From: a virus
Strand: one strand, 5' to 3'
DNA: 64,000 nt
Virus record (IMG/VR): IMGVR_UViG_3300037657_000053
Coordinates: 1 to 64,000 of that record
Shown one piece after another: positions 10,038 to 19,164 of this stretch (positions within the stretch are counted from its first letter, which is position 1; every line of letters starts with the position of its first letter). The notes beneath the pieces were generated by a model. The model was given only the letters and a program-made list of their open reading frames with translations, had not been told where the DNA came from and ran no database searches. The translations under genes were made by a program, and so were the position numbers.

Positions 10038-11039
10038 ATGGCGAAACAACAGAACCCGATCACCCGTCTCGAAGATCTCGAGGTGAAGGAAGTTTCGATC
10101 GTCGATCGGCCGGCGAATCAACGTCGGTTTTTGACGGTGAAAAGCGAGGAAGGTATGGCGACAAAAGGCGCGGAGATCGTCACCGACGATCAAGGGAACC
10201 TCATCACGAAGGACGGGGCGAACACCCCCGCCCCTGCACTCACGGTCCCTGTGACCGGACCGACGGCGACCCTTCCCGTCGAGAAGGCCGAACCCCCGGG
10301 GATCGAGGAGATCTTCAAGGCGGCCGGTCATAATCTCGCCGTTCTCGAGAAGAGACTCTCGATCGCCCCCGAGCTCAGAACCGAAGTGTTCCGGTCTCTC
10401 GGCGACGCCATGGGTCGGTTGAATGCCGTCATGGCTTCGGCCGACATGGCTCAGACCGATCGCGGCGACGAGCCTTCGACCCTCACCCCCGTTCTCGCGA
10501 CCGAGCTTCTCGAAGTCTCGAAGGTGATCGGGAAGACGGCGAAGATGCTCTCGGGAGCGGTGAAGAAAAGCGACGGCGGGAACGATCCCGAGCTCTTCGC
10601 AGCGGCCGTCGAGAAGCTCACAACTGAGCTCGATCGGATCGAGAAGGCGGGCGCGAAGATGAGCAAGGGTCGACTCGAACAATTCGAGAAGGCTCTCATT
10701 CTTCTCGGCAAGCTCTTGGACGAGCTCAAGGGCGCAGAACCCGGCACCATCTCCGCTCCGAAGGGGGCGGCGCCCGCTCCTATTCAGAAGGACGATGGTG
10801 AGGTTTTCGAGGGGTTTTTCGAGAAGCTCACGAAGAAGATCGAAGGATTGACTGAGCAAATCGCGAAGAGCGACGGTCGAATCGCTTCCCTCGAGAAGCG
10901 TCGGGGGAACTCGAACACGATCCCGGTCGAGAAGTCTCATCGGGCCCCGGCCGCTGAAGATGTTCATTGGCCGATGGACATGAACGACGAAAAAACTCGC
11001 GAAACTGTTGACAAGGCAACAAACTTTTTCGACAACTAG
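10038..11039 (+). CDS. Scaffold protein with N-terminal protease-like EVSIVDRPAN strand
   Basis: Motif, coiled-coil character, position before the capsid gene. Confidence 0.75.
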   Translation: MAKQQNPITRLEDLEVKEVSIVDRPANQRRFLTVKSEEGMATKGAEIVTDDQGNLITKDGANTPAPALTVPVTGPTATLPVEKAEPPGIEEIFKAAGHNLAVLEKRLSIAPELRTEVFRSLGDAMGRLNAVMASADMAQTDRGDEPSTLTPVLATELLEVSKVIGKTAKMLSGAVKKSDGGNDPELFAAAVEKLTTELDRIEKAGAKMSKGRLEQFEKALILLGKLLDELKGAEPGTISAPKGAAPAPIQKDDGEVFEGFFEKLTKKIEGLTEQIAKSDGRIASLEKRRGNSNTIPVEKSHRAPAAEDVHWPMDMNDEKTRETVDKATNFFDN

Positions 11040-11076
11040 AAAAGAAGCCGGTCGCCCACGAGGAATGGAGAAGAAA

Positions 11077-12021
11077 ATGTCGGACATCATCACAGACAAC
11101 AGAACCCTTCTCGAGAAGGCCGATCTCGCCCTGTCGGATCTCCTGTCGGGCGGCGAGCTCGTCGCGGCGCAGGCGAAGAAGTTCGTTCGCCTGCTGATCA
11201 AGGAATCGGTGATTCTCGGGATCGCGTCGGTGCGACCGATGAAATCGAAGAAGCAGAAGATCGAGAAGGTCCGTTTCGGCTCTCGAATTCTTCGCGCCGG
11301 TTCCTCGAAAGTACCGTTGCCGCTCGGGGATCGATCCAAGCCGACCACGAGTGAGGTTGAGCTTTCGGCGAAGCTCTTCAAGGCCGAAGTTCATCTGGAC
11401 AACGAGGTGCTCGAGGACAACATCGAACAAGGCTCGCTCCGTCAGACCGTCATGGAATTGATGGGCGAAGCGATCGCTCGGGATATGGACGAGGTGATCG
11501 TCCAGGGCGACACCACGAGCACGGATGCGTTTCTTTCCCAATTCGACGGGATGCTCGCCGGGGCAACCTCGAACGTCGTCGCGGGGGGTTCGGCTTCCTT
11601 GAGCTCGACGCAACTCAAGGGAGCGATCAAGGCGATGCCTCAAGAGTTCATTCGGAACAAGAAGAAGCTCCGATTCCTCACGAGTGTCGACGCCGAGACC
11701 GATTTCCGCGACACCCTCGCCGCTCGGGCGACCGTGGTCGGCGATCGCTACCTTCTCGAAGACGTGCCCGTCATGTATTCGGGAATCCCGATTTCCGACG
11801 TTCCTCTCTTCCCTGAGAATCTCGGGATCGCGGGCGACGAGACGGCGGCGATCCTCACCGATCCGAAGAACCTCGCAGTCGGTGTGTGGCGTCGGATCAC
11901 CTTCGAGACGGACAAGGATATTTCTGCGGGTGTGCTCAAGATCGTCGCGTCGCTCCGCTTTGATTTCAAGTACGTCGAAGAGACGGCGGCCGTGAAGATC
12001 GAGGCGATTTCGGTCAGCTAA
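11077..12021 (+). CDS. Major capsid protein
   Basis: About 314 aa; EVLEDNIE, GEAIARDMDE..VQGD; position after scaffold. Confidence 0.88.
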   Translation: MSDIITDNRTLLEKADLALSDLLSGGELVAAQAKKFVRLLIKESVILGIASVRPMKSKKQKIEKVRFGSRILRAGSSKVPLPLGDRSKPTTSEVELSAKLFKAEVHLDNEVLEDNIEQGSLRQTVMELMGEAIARDMDEVIVQGDTTSTDAFLSQFDGMLAGATSNVVAGGSASLSSTQLKGAIKAMPQEFIRNKKKLRFLTSVDAETDFRDTLAARATVVGDRYLLEDVPVMYSGIPISDVPLFPENLGIAGDETAAILTDPKNLAVGVWRRITFETDKDISAGVLKIVASLRFDFKYVEETAAVKIEAISVS

Positions 12022-12069
12022 CCTTCAACGAACCTCGAAATGAAATCTTGGGTTGAAAGGGTTTGAAAA

Positions 12070-12402
12070 ATGGCACTCGGAACCGTGGTTCCTAACACCT
12101 CGAAAAGCACCTTGGGCGGCGAGCCGGTCTATCATGACTATCTCGTGATCCCTGGCGACGCGACCTATACGGCCGGCGGAACGACCGGATTCGATGCGGT
12201 CGTTGCGGCGGCTCTCGGAGATGATCGCGAGGTAATCGCCGTGATCGGTCAAGACTGTGAGGGATACGTTCTCGGCTATCTGCCGGCGAACGGTGGAACT
12301 CTCAGCATGTATGAGGCAGGCGCAGACGGTGCGGCTCTCGATGAGGTCGCGGACGGTGACTATCACGCGACCAATCTGAACATGCTCGTGATCTCGAAGT
12401 AA
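12070..12402 (+). CDS. Probable capsid decoration protein
   Basis: Small Gly/Ala-rich ORF directly after the capsid gene. Confidence 0.55.
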   Translation: MALGTVVPNTSKSTLGGEPVYHDYLVIPGDATYTAGGTTGFDAVVAAALGDDREVIAVIGQDCEGYVLGYLPANGGTLSMYEAGADGAALDEVADGDYHATNLNMLVISK

Positions 12403-12513
12403 CAACTTCGCCTTCCTTGACTCTGTTCTGCTTTTCGTCAATCATGATCAAGTTGAATGACTCGAGAGAGTCGGCGATTCTCGTATAACTAGACGAGAAG
12501 AAAGGTTCGGACG

Positions 12514-12885
12514 ATGAAACTTGTTCGGCTGTATCCGAGGAACCCCGATCGCGGTTGGTTCATTCAAACCTATGTTGATCCGCAACTCGGTTTGAAGTTC
12601 GTCTCCGAACGGGGGTGGTATCAGGTTTCAGATGAAATTGCCGAAGCTCTCAAAGAAGTTCGGCAGAAGCGATACGATCTGAGAAGCGGCCCGGCTTTCG
12701 CGATCGCGAAGGACAAGGAAGAAGCCCGACTGATCGAGCGCACTGAAATCAACCCGCCCGAGAAGGAAGAGGAAGTGGTCGGAACCGCCGAAGCTCCGAT
12801 TCCGATCGTTGCGAAGACGTCCGATAAGCGGCCCGGGGCTCGAAAGACTCCGCAACCTCGCAAGCGTTCCATGACGGCCGGTTGA
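12514..12885 (+). CDS. Hypothetical protein
   Basis: AAAGG RBS, clean ORF. Confidence 0.7.
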   Translation: MKLVRLYPRNPDRGWFIQTYVDPQLGLKFVSERGWYQVSDEIAEALKEVRQKRYDLRSGPAFAIAKDKEEARLIERTEINPPEKEEEVVGTAEAPIPIVAKTSDKRPGARKTPQPRKRSMTAG

Positions 12886-12998
12886 GCTCTCGACTCGCCC
12901 CGAAACTTCTCTCTGTCTTGACCATCGTTACTTTCTAGCTTTAGATTCGTGAGTGACGAGTGACGCCGGTTTTTGTTGACCGGACGGGAGAAAAAGCA

Positions 12999-14513
12999 AT
13001 GACAACCATGTCGACGATCAAGAGCGATCATTTCCGGGGTCACCGGAACATCAACGAGGGTCAACGAGAAGGTAGCGATGCGATCCTGTCCGAGCTTCTC
13101 GCGCAAGCGAAGGCCGATCTTCTCGTTCTCGAGGCTTTCAAGGCAGGGTTGCAAGATCCGAAGGATTCGGTACGGCTAGCCACGGCAGCGGCATTGCCTG
13201 CTTGCGCGGCGGCTGGTTCGGGGGCGACGAAGACTCTCACCGCTGACGTCGTGGGGGCTCTCACTGTCGATGGTGTGGCCGTCGCTCTTGGGGATCGGAT
13301 TCTCGTCAAGGATCAGGTCGTGGGTGCCGACAATGGCATTTACACCGTGACGACTCTCGGGACGGGCGCGGTGAAGTGGGTTCTGACTCGAGCAACCGAC
13401 GCGAACATTTCGGCCGAGATCACGTCGGGTATGAACCTGCATGTCAGTGAAGGTTCGACCTTGCTCGATACTCATTTCGCATTGACGACCGACGACCCGA
13501 TCGTGTTGGATACCACTGCGCTTACCTTCTCGATCATGTTTCCGGTGGCGCATGCGGCGACCCACATTCGAGGCGGCTCTGATGAAGTCGACGGCGACTT
13601 GCTCGATGTTGACTGGAATCCTGCCACATACACGCCGACCGTTGCGGCGCCGGCTACGAATGCCGATCATTTGGCGGCGCACTTGAACGGGATCGATCTT
13701 CTGATCGGTGATCACGATGCCCGTCACATTCTCGGCGGCGGTGATCCGATCGATGGTGATCGGATCGACGTCGACATGACTCCGACTCATTACACTCCCG
13801 ACGCTGGCGTTCCCGAGGCGGGCAACGTTGACCACCTCGCCGCTCATCTCGGCGGGATCGACAACGAGCTCGGAACTCTTCACGCGAAGACGGGGGCCCC
13901 GACCATTCGAGGATTCCGGGCGACGGGTGGAACCCTTTCGGCGAACGGCTCTGAAGATGCGACTGTGCTCGGGGCGAATCTGATCCAAGGTCAGACCTTC
14001 GCTCAAGTCACTCTCGGCGCGTCGCTCGACATCATCGCCGAAGAGCCGGGCGCCCCGGGGAACTCTCTCTCGGTCGAGGTGATCGACTCGGCGGGAGTCG
14101 GAGGTCTTGCGGTGAGCTATGCGGCCAGCAAGCTCACGATCGATCTCGACGGCGACACCCCGACCGAGGATCAGATCGCCGTCGCGATCAACACGACGGG
14201 CGCTTGGGATGGGATCTTCCGCGCCGATTCGGGTGGCGGCGCCGCATTCGGAACGGTAGCGGAAACCCCTCTCACGGGCGGCGGAACCGGTCTCGGATGC
14301 AAGTTCTACGTCGGCGGCGGTCTCTGCACTCCGGCCGGCGAGGCGGGCGGCGGCGCGACGTCGACCGCTTCTCTCTCCGAGACGACTTGTGTGATCGATG
14401 TTCCCGATCTCACCGGGTTGACTCCCGCTCTCGCGGCGACGACTGACGACGCGGCGATTTGGGTCGAGTCGAACGGCAAGACGTCGAATTCGCTCTCGAA
14501 GACGCTCGCCTAA
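12999..14513 (+). CDS. Head/neck fibre-like protein
   Basis: KDSVRLAT..VDGV...GDRILVKDQ...NGIY..TRATDA fibre-type domain; internal HLAAHLxGID repeats. Confidence 0.7.
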   Translation: MTTMSTIKSDHFRGHRNINEGQREGSDAILSELLAQAKADLLVLEAFKAGLQDPKDSVRLATAAALPACAAAGSGATKTLTADVVGALTVDGVAVALGDRILVKDQVVGADNGIYTVTTLGTGAVKWVLTRATDANISAEITSGMNLHVSEGSTLLDTHFALTTDDPIVLDTTALTFSIMFPVAHAATHIRGGSDEVDGDLLDVDWNPATYTPTVAAPATNADHLAAHLNGIDLLIGDHDARHILGGGDPIDGDRIDVDMTPTHYTPDAGVPEAGNVDHLAAHLGGIDNELGTLHAKTGAPTIRGFRATGGTLSANGSEDATVLGANLIQGQTFAQVTLGASLDIIAEEPGAPGNSLSVEVIDSAGVGGLAVSYAASKLTIDLDGDTPTEDQIAVAINTTGAWDGIFRADSGGGAAFGTVAETPLTGGGTGLGCKFYVGGGLCTPAGEAGGGATSTASLSETTCVIDVPDLTGLTPALAATTDDAAIWVESNGKTSNSLSKTLA

Positions 14514-14623
14514 TCTCATCTCTTCCTCGGTTCTGTAAACCCGGGTTTCCAATCTAGTTCGCGTCAAGTGGTAAGTTTGCTTCGACGTTGATAGACTCAA
14601 GACGACGACGGAGGAAGATTCCG

Positions 14624-15073
14624 ATGAGAGTTCTTGCGATCGGTTCCACAATCAAAAAAACCCTCTTCGGTGTGTTTCGAGCGATTCGCACAGACGACGA
14701 TGGAAACCTTGCGGTAGTTGGCGATGTTGCGGTGACGTCGGTTCCCGAGACTGATGTCGATATCGTTAGAATTGCCGGAGTTTCGACTCGAAGATTCGTT
14801 CCTGTCGATGGAGGCGGTCAGGCGATAAATATCGGAGCGGCGGCGACACGATCGGCTGTGCTCACTGTCGGCGAGAACTATCACATTGTGGGGGAGGAAA
14901 ACTGTTACATCGTCGCCGGTAATAGCACCGTTGATGCGACGACGGCAGATTATTTTCTTCCCGCCGGGCTCGTCGTCGAGTATGTGCCAACGGCGGCGGG
15001 CGATCAGTACATCTCATGTATCCGCGACGCCACTGATAGCGTTGCCGGGCTACACATCTCCCGGGCGAGCTAG
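14624..15073 (+). CDS. Hypothetical virion protein
   Basis: GGAGG RBS; beta-rich sequence. Confidence 0.65.
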   Translation: MRVLAIGSTIKKTLFGVFRAIRTDDDGNLAVVGDVAVTSVPETDVDIVRIAGVSTRRFVPVDGGGQAINIGAAATRSAVLTVGENYHIVGEENCYIVAGNSTVDATTADYFLPAGLVVEYVPTAAGDQYISCIRDATDSVAGLHISRAS

Positions 15074-15075
15074 CC

Positions 15076-15552
15076 ATGCGCGGACGTATCTTCCGACCGC
15101 TCCCGGGTCCGCTACATCTTCAGGGGGCCGCTACATCTTCAGGCGGTCTAAGACGGGGTCCGAATCTCGTCACGGATGGGGACATGGAAGCTGTCGGAAC
15201 GACTATTTTTACTGCCGTCTCTGCGAATCTGTCAAAACAATCGGGCGCCGCCGTGTCGGGCGCGCAGATCCTAAGAGTTACGAAAACTGGCGCCGGGTCA
15301 GGGTATGGGTATCGGGTCTGCACGACGATAGGTGCGTCGTATCGAGTGACCGGGTGGGCGCGCGGGAACGGGACGGCGAGGCCGATACTCAGCGACGGGG
15401 CGACGACGCTTTGGACCGGCACAACCAGTGTCGCGTGGCAAGCGTTTGACGTGACATTTGTAGCGACTGCCACGGCGTTTCGCATGTATGCCAGCATGGG
15501 AGCCGCAGGAAACTACTCGGAATGGGATGATGTGTACATCTCGCTAAGTTGA
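15076..15552 (+). CDS. Carbohydrate-binding-module-like protein
   Basis: NLVTDGDME...SYRVTGWARG...WDDVYI pattern resembling CBM4/9-like jelly-rolls. Confidence 0.6.
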   Translation: MRGRIFRPLPGPLHLQGAATSSGGLRRGPNLVTDGDMEAVGTTIFTAVSANLSKQSGAAVSGAQILRVTKTGAGSGYGYRVCTTIGASYRVTGWARGNGTARPILSDGATTLWTGTTSVAWQAFDVTFVATATAFRMYASMGAAGNYSEWDDVYISLS

Positions 15553-16272
15553 CTGCCGGATTGGACGCCGACGGTCGCCGGCACGGAGAGGGTCTGGATA
15601 CTAGCCGGGCAGTCGAATGCTCGAGGGTCCAATCATGTGCCGTCGGAGCTTGTTGTCCCCTACGAACTCCCGATTGCAGCGGTTCCAACGTGGCAGTATG
15701 ACGTCGGGTCAGCTTATGAGTCTGTCGGAGCCGAGGCGCTTCGTGCGCCATACGGGCTCGTGAGTGTCGAGCCCTATGCGATGGTCGATGCGCGAGCAGC
15801 CGGGAAGTCGGTCGCGTTGGCCAAGATCGTCGGGAGTGGCACAAGCCTCGCCGTCGACTGGGCCGCCGGCTCGACGCTGCGGACGAAACTCACAACGCTG
15901 GCGGCGCTGTTGCGGACGATCTGCGGGCCGAACCCGTACGGTGGGCTTATCTGGATTCAGGGCGAGGAAGACGCCGAGTCTGCGGTCTACGCGGCAGCCT
16001 ACGAGGTCAACTTGAACGCATTCATCGCGGCAGTTAGAGTATCACTTTCGTCGGCTATGTTGCCCGTTCTTGTCGTTCGACTGCGAGCCGCAAGCCCGAT
16101 TGCACATGCGGCGACGGTGCGAGCCGCTCAGGACGCGGTGATCGCCGCTGACGCGAATGTCTATTTGATTGATTCTGACGCGGCCGGTGTGCAGGCAGAC
16201 GGTATTCACTATTCCGACGTAGGCTATCAGTCACTCGGTCAGGCGATCGGCGCAGTGATCGCGACCCTATGA
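15553..16272 (+). CDS. SGNH/sialate O-acetylesterase-like domain, in frame after the TGA of the previous ORF
   Basis: ILAGQSN, IWIQGEED and DGIHY motifs; GQSN lies upstream of the first GTG (15637). Confidence 0.75.
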   Translation: MPDWTPTVAGTERVWILAGQSNARGSNHVPSELVVPYELPIAAVPTWQYDVGSAYESVGAEALRAPYGLVSVEPYAMVDARAAGKSVALAKIVGSGTSLAVDWAAGSTLRTKLTTLAALLRTICGPNPYGGLIWIQGEEDAESAVYAAAYEVNLNAFIAAVRVSLSSAMLPVLVVRLRAASPIAHAATVRAAQDAVIAADANVYLIDSDAAGVQADGIHYSDVGYQSLGQAIGAVIATL

Positions 16273-16344
16273 GGTGACACCGTGACCGAGGCACAGATCT
16301 CGCTCCCCGCCCGAAAAGAAGATAAATAAGAAAGGGTCAGTTAC

Positions 16345-16617
16345 ATGAGTATTTCTCACAACACGGTTTCGATCACAGGTGGCGCGAATTGGCATCATGC
16401 AACGATCAGTAACGCAAACAAGCTAGTTGTCGAAGTCGTCGATTCGGATTCCGATGTTCAAGTGGACGTGAGCATTGATCGGGGATCGACGGTTGCGGAT
16501 ATCCTCGGGCCCCTTGCCGATCGGGCGGTTCGGAAAGAGTATCTCGATCTCAACGCATATCGAATCTCTTTCCGCTGTGCCGCGAACGCGACGGTCGAAG
16601 TCACGATCGAGCGATGA
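16345..16617 (+). CDS. Hypothetical protein
   Basis: AAAGGG RBS. Confidence 0.6.
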   Translation: MSISHNTVSITGGANWHHATISNANKLVVEVVDSDSDVQVDVSIDRGSTVADILGPLADRAVRKEYLDLNAYRISFRCAANATVEVTIER

Positions 16618-17147
16618 TCGGCGTCCTTCTCGAAGAGCTCGAAGCTTCCCGAGCTCGCACCGTTGCCAAGCTCGAAGCTCTCGAGAAGGATCGAGAACGT
16701 CTTCTAGGTCGTCTCGAGGGGCTTGACTTGGCGATCGGAGTGGCGCGCCCCCGACTCGTTGAAGAGATGGAAAATAAGCGGCGAGCTCTCGAGGAAGCGC
16801 AAGCTCCGATTGTTCTTGAGGGGGTCGACTTCGGAGCCTTAGAGGAGGAATGTGTCGCACGTTTCGGGCTCTCAGGGGCCCCTCAGACGGCCGGAAGCTT
16901 CCGACGGCTCGACATACGCCCGACGGCTCAGGCGAGCTCTCAGGGGCCGTCTCGCGCAAGCCAGGGCCCATTCTGCCGAAGGGCTCGGGTTCCCGGCCTC
17001 GACGCAAGCGAGCTCCTCACTAGCACCTTCCTTTCTACCGAGTTACACTTGGGTTCATGGGATATTGTTCAGTTTCAGATTTGCGGGATGAGGGAGTTCC
17101 GAGCACGGGGTTCGGGGCGAGAAGCGATGCTTATCTCGCAAAGGTGA
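16614..17147 (+). CDS. Hypothetical coiled-coil protein
   Basis: ATGA coupling with upstream gene; 3' end overlaps the next gene. Confidence 0.5.
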   Translation: MIGVLLEELEASRARTVAKLEALEKDRERLLGRLEGLDLAIGVARPRLVEEMENKRRALEEAQAPIVLEGVDFGALEEECVARFGLSGAPQTAGSFRRLDIRPTAQASSQGPSRASQGPFCRRARVPGLDASELLTSTFLSTELHLGSWDIVQFQICGMREFRARGSGREAMLISQR

Positions 17148-17833
17148 TTGCGCGAGTAACGGCGATGATCGATCGCTACACCGGGCGCTTCTTCGAGCCG
17201 AGGGATCTCACAATCACGATCGACGGAACTGGCTCGAAGACGCTTCTTCTCGGTCACCCGATCATCGCGATTGGCTCAATCAAGATCGGTGACGATTTTT
17301 CGACAACGGAAGAGGTCGATCTCGACGATGTTCGGATTTACAACCGCCATCTGACCGAGAACTTGACTGAGCCCGATGATCGAGAGACCCCGAAGATCGA
17401 AATTTATGAATATGATGCCAGAGAAGAACAAATCCCGATGCTTGGAGAAGATTCGGCTTTTTCAATCTTCGGCATGGGCCGTTGGCCCGAAGGTGATCAG
17501 AACGTTCAAATTGTCGGCACGTTTGGGTATACCGATTATGATCCCGACGAAGAAGTTGAAGAGGGCGAAGCTCCACAAGGCATGACTCCTCTTCTCATTC
17601 AACGGGCGGCCGTTCTCATGTGTCTTCGTGATCTCCGACCGGCCTATTCCGAGGGGTCAATGAGGGAAGACGACATGAACCGTTCGAGAGTCACTTCTTT
17701 TCGGACCCGAGATCAGTCAATCACTCTCGAGAAGCCTTCGATGGTGTTCGGAGCCGGATCGTTTACCGGCGATCCTGAGATCGATCGAATCCTTCTTGAA
17801 TATGTGCGACCGCCGCACTATGGGGCAGTCTGA
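17057..17833 (+). CDS. Head-tail adaptor
   Basis: MGYCSVSDLR...IDRYTGRFF, GTFGY...TPLLIQRA; synteny. Confidence 0.7.
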   Translation: MGYCSVSDLRDEGVPSTGFGARSDAYLAKVIARVTAMIDRYTGRFFEPRDLTITIDGTGSKTLLLGHPIIAIGSIKIGDDFSTTEEVDLDDVRIYNRHLTENLTEPDDRETPKIEIYEYDAREEQIPMLGEDSAFSIFGMGRWPEGDQNVQIVGTFGYTDYDPDEEVEEGEAPQGMTPLLIQRAAVLMCLRDLRPAYSEGSMREDDMNRSRVTSFRTRDQSITLEKPSMVFGAGSFTGDPEIDRILLEYVRPPHYGAV

Positions 17834-18357
17834 TGCGCGGGCGGCTCATATTCCCGTATCTCGTCGGGCTTCGACGACTTAGTACGACTTCGACGGCAGC
17901 CGATCCCGACGGGGCGGGTGAACTCACTTCGGGCTATGACGAGACCTTTCGCGAGTCACACAAGATTCTTTCGGACCCCGACGATCAGATCGGAGTGTCG
18001 GCTCGAATCGAACTCGCAGAGCTTCAGGTTCTCGCGCAAATAGAACCTGAACAGTATGAGAGACTCGAGACGATGATCTCGGGAGACTCGCCGAATTCGA
18101 GGTTCTCAATCGTTCTTCACGCGAGAGAGCTCGAACAAGCGGGATTGCTCGAATCGAGCGGCAGACCGAAGATTCACAAGGGCGATCGCCTTGCGGCGAT
18201 TTACAACCACCGAAGCGGGGCTCTCATCGAAACGATCCCGAATCCCCCGGGGCTCTTCGTGATTCAAGTTCAATCTGGGGGGTGGGGGCTCGGGCCCGAG
18301 CGGAACCTCTTTCTCGTTGTCTTCGAGGAACGAGAAACGTCTACTCGAGAAGTGTGA
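17833..18357 (+). CDS. Head closure/stopper-like protein
   Basis: Synteny; coupled start. Confidence 0.55.
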   Translation: MRGRLIFPYLVGLRRLSTTSTAADPDGAGELTSGYDETFRESHKILSDPDDQIGVSARIELAELQVLAQIEPEQYERLETMISGDSPNSRFSIVLHARELEQAGLLESSGRPKIHKGDRLAAIYNHRSGALIETIPNPPGLFVIQVQSGGWGLGPERNLFLVVFEERETSTREV

Positions 18358-18360
18358 ATC

Positions 18361-19107
18361 GTGGCGGGCGTCGCGATAGGGCTTTCGGGGGATTGGCGAA
18401 AGGCGGCGAGGATTCTTCGAGTTGCGCCGGTCCGAATCCGTGTCGCTCTTGATCGTGCGGTCTTACAGGAAGCGCAATTCTTCCGAACCAAGGTTGTCGA
18501 GGGATTCCGCGAACAAGCTCCGGGCGGGCAACCATTCAAGCCTCTTGCTGAAACGACTCTAGCTCTTCGACGCTTCAAGGGTTTCGGCGGAACGAAGGCT
18601 CTTATGGTTCGAGGTGATCTTCGCAATTCGATCAAGGTTGTGAAGAAGGCAACGGCTTTCGGCGCCGAAGCTTTTATCGGGGTTCATCGTACCGCGAAAA
18701 ATAAAGATGGGAAGTCGCTAGTCAATATTGCAGCGGTTCATGAATTTGGATCTCGGCCGATTGTTCTCGAGGTGACTCCTGCAATGCGTAAGTTTCTTGC
18801 GGTCGTTTTCAATCGAGAGCTCGGGGGTTTCGGCAGTGGAACGGGCGGAACGGGCGGAACAGGGATCATTATCATACAAATTCCGGCCCGACCTTTCCTT
18901 CAACCTGTGATCGACAAGTATTTCAATTCTCTCGATTCTCGGCTCCGGTTTCAAGCTCGGGTTGCGGCGAATCTTGGGGGAATGATGGGAGTCATGGGAG
19001 CGATTCCCGGGATTCCTGGGTTGAATAGTTCTCGAGGGCGGTCTCTCTTCTCATCGGTCGCGCAAGCGATCGCAAGAACTCGGGGCGGGCCCGTGCGCGA
19101 TCCATGA
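18361..19107 (+). CDS. Neck/virion morphogenesis protein
   Basis: GDLRNSI, IAAVHEFG, IPARPFL motifs. Confidence 0.8.
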   Translation: MAGVAIGLSGDWRKAARILRVAPVRIRVALDRAVLQEAQFFRTKVVEGFREQAPGGQPFKPLAETTLALRRFKGFGGTKALMVRGDLRNSIKVVKKATAFGAEAFIGVHRTAKNKDGKSLVNIAAVHEFGSRPIVLEVTPAMRKFLAVVFNRELGGFGSGTGGTGGTGIIIIQIPARPFLQPVIDKYFNSLDSRLRFQARVAANLGGMMGVMGAIPGIPGLNSSRGRSLFSSVAQAIARTRGGPVRDP

Positions 19108-19164
19108 TCGTTTCAAAAACCGGGTGATCTGTAAACCCGGGTTTCCACGCGCTATAGTGGGATC

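Noticed and set aside
15550-15552. Selenocysteine at the in-frame TGA
   Set aside because: The position is an interdomain linker rather than a catalytic site, and I could not identify a convincing SECIS
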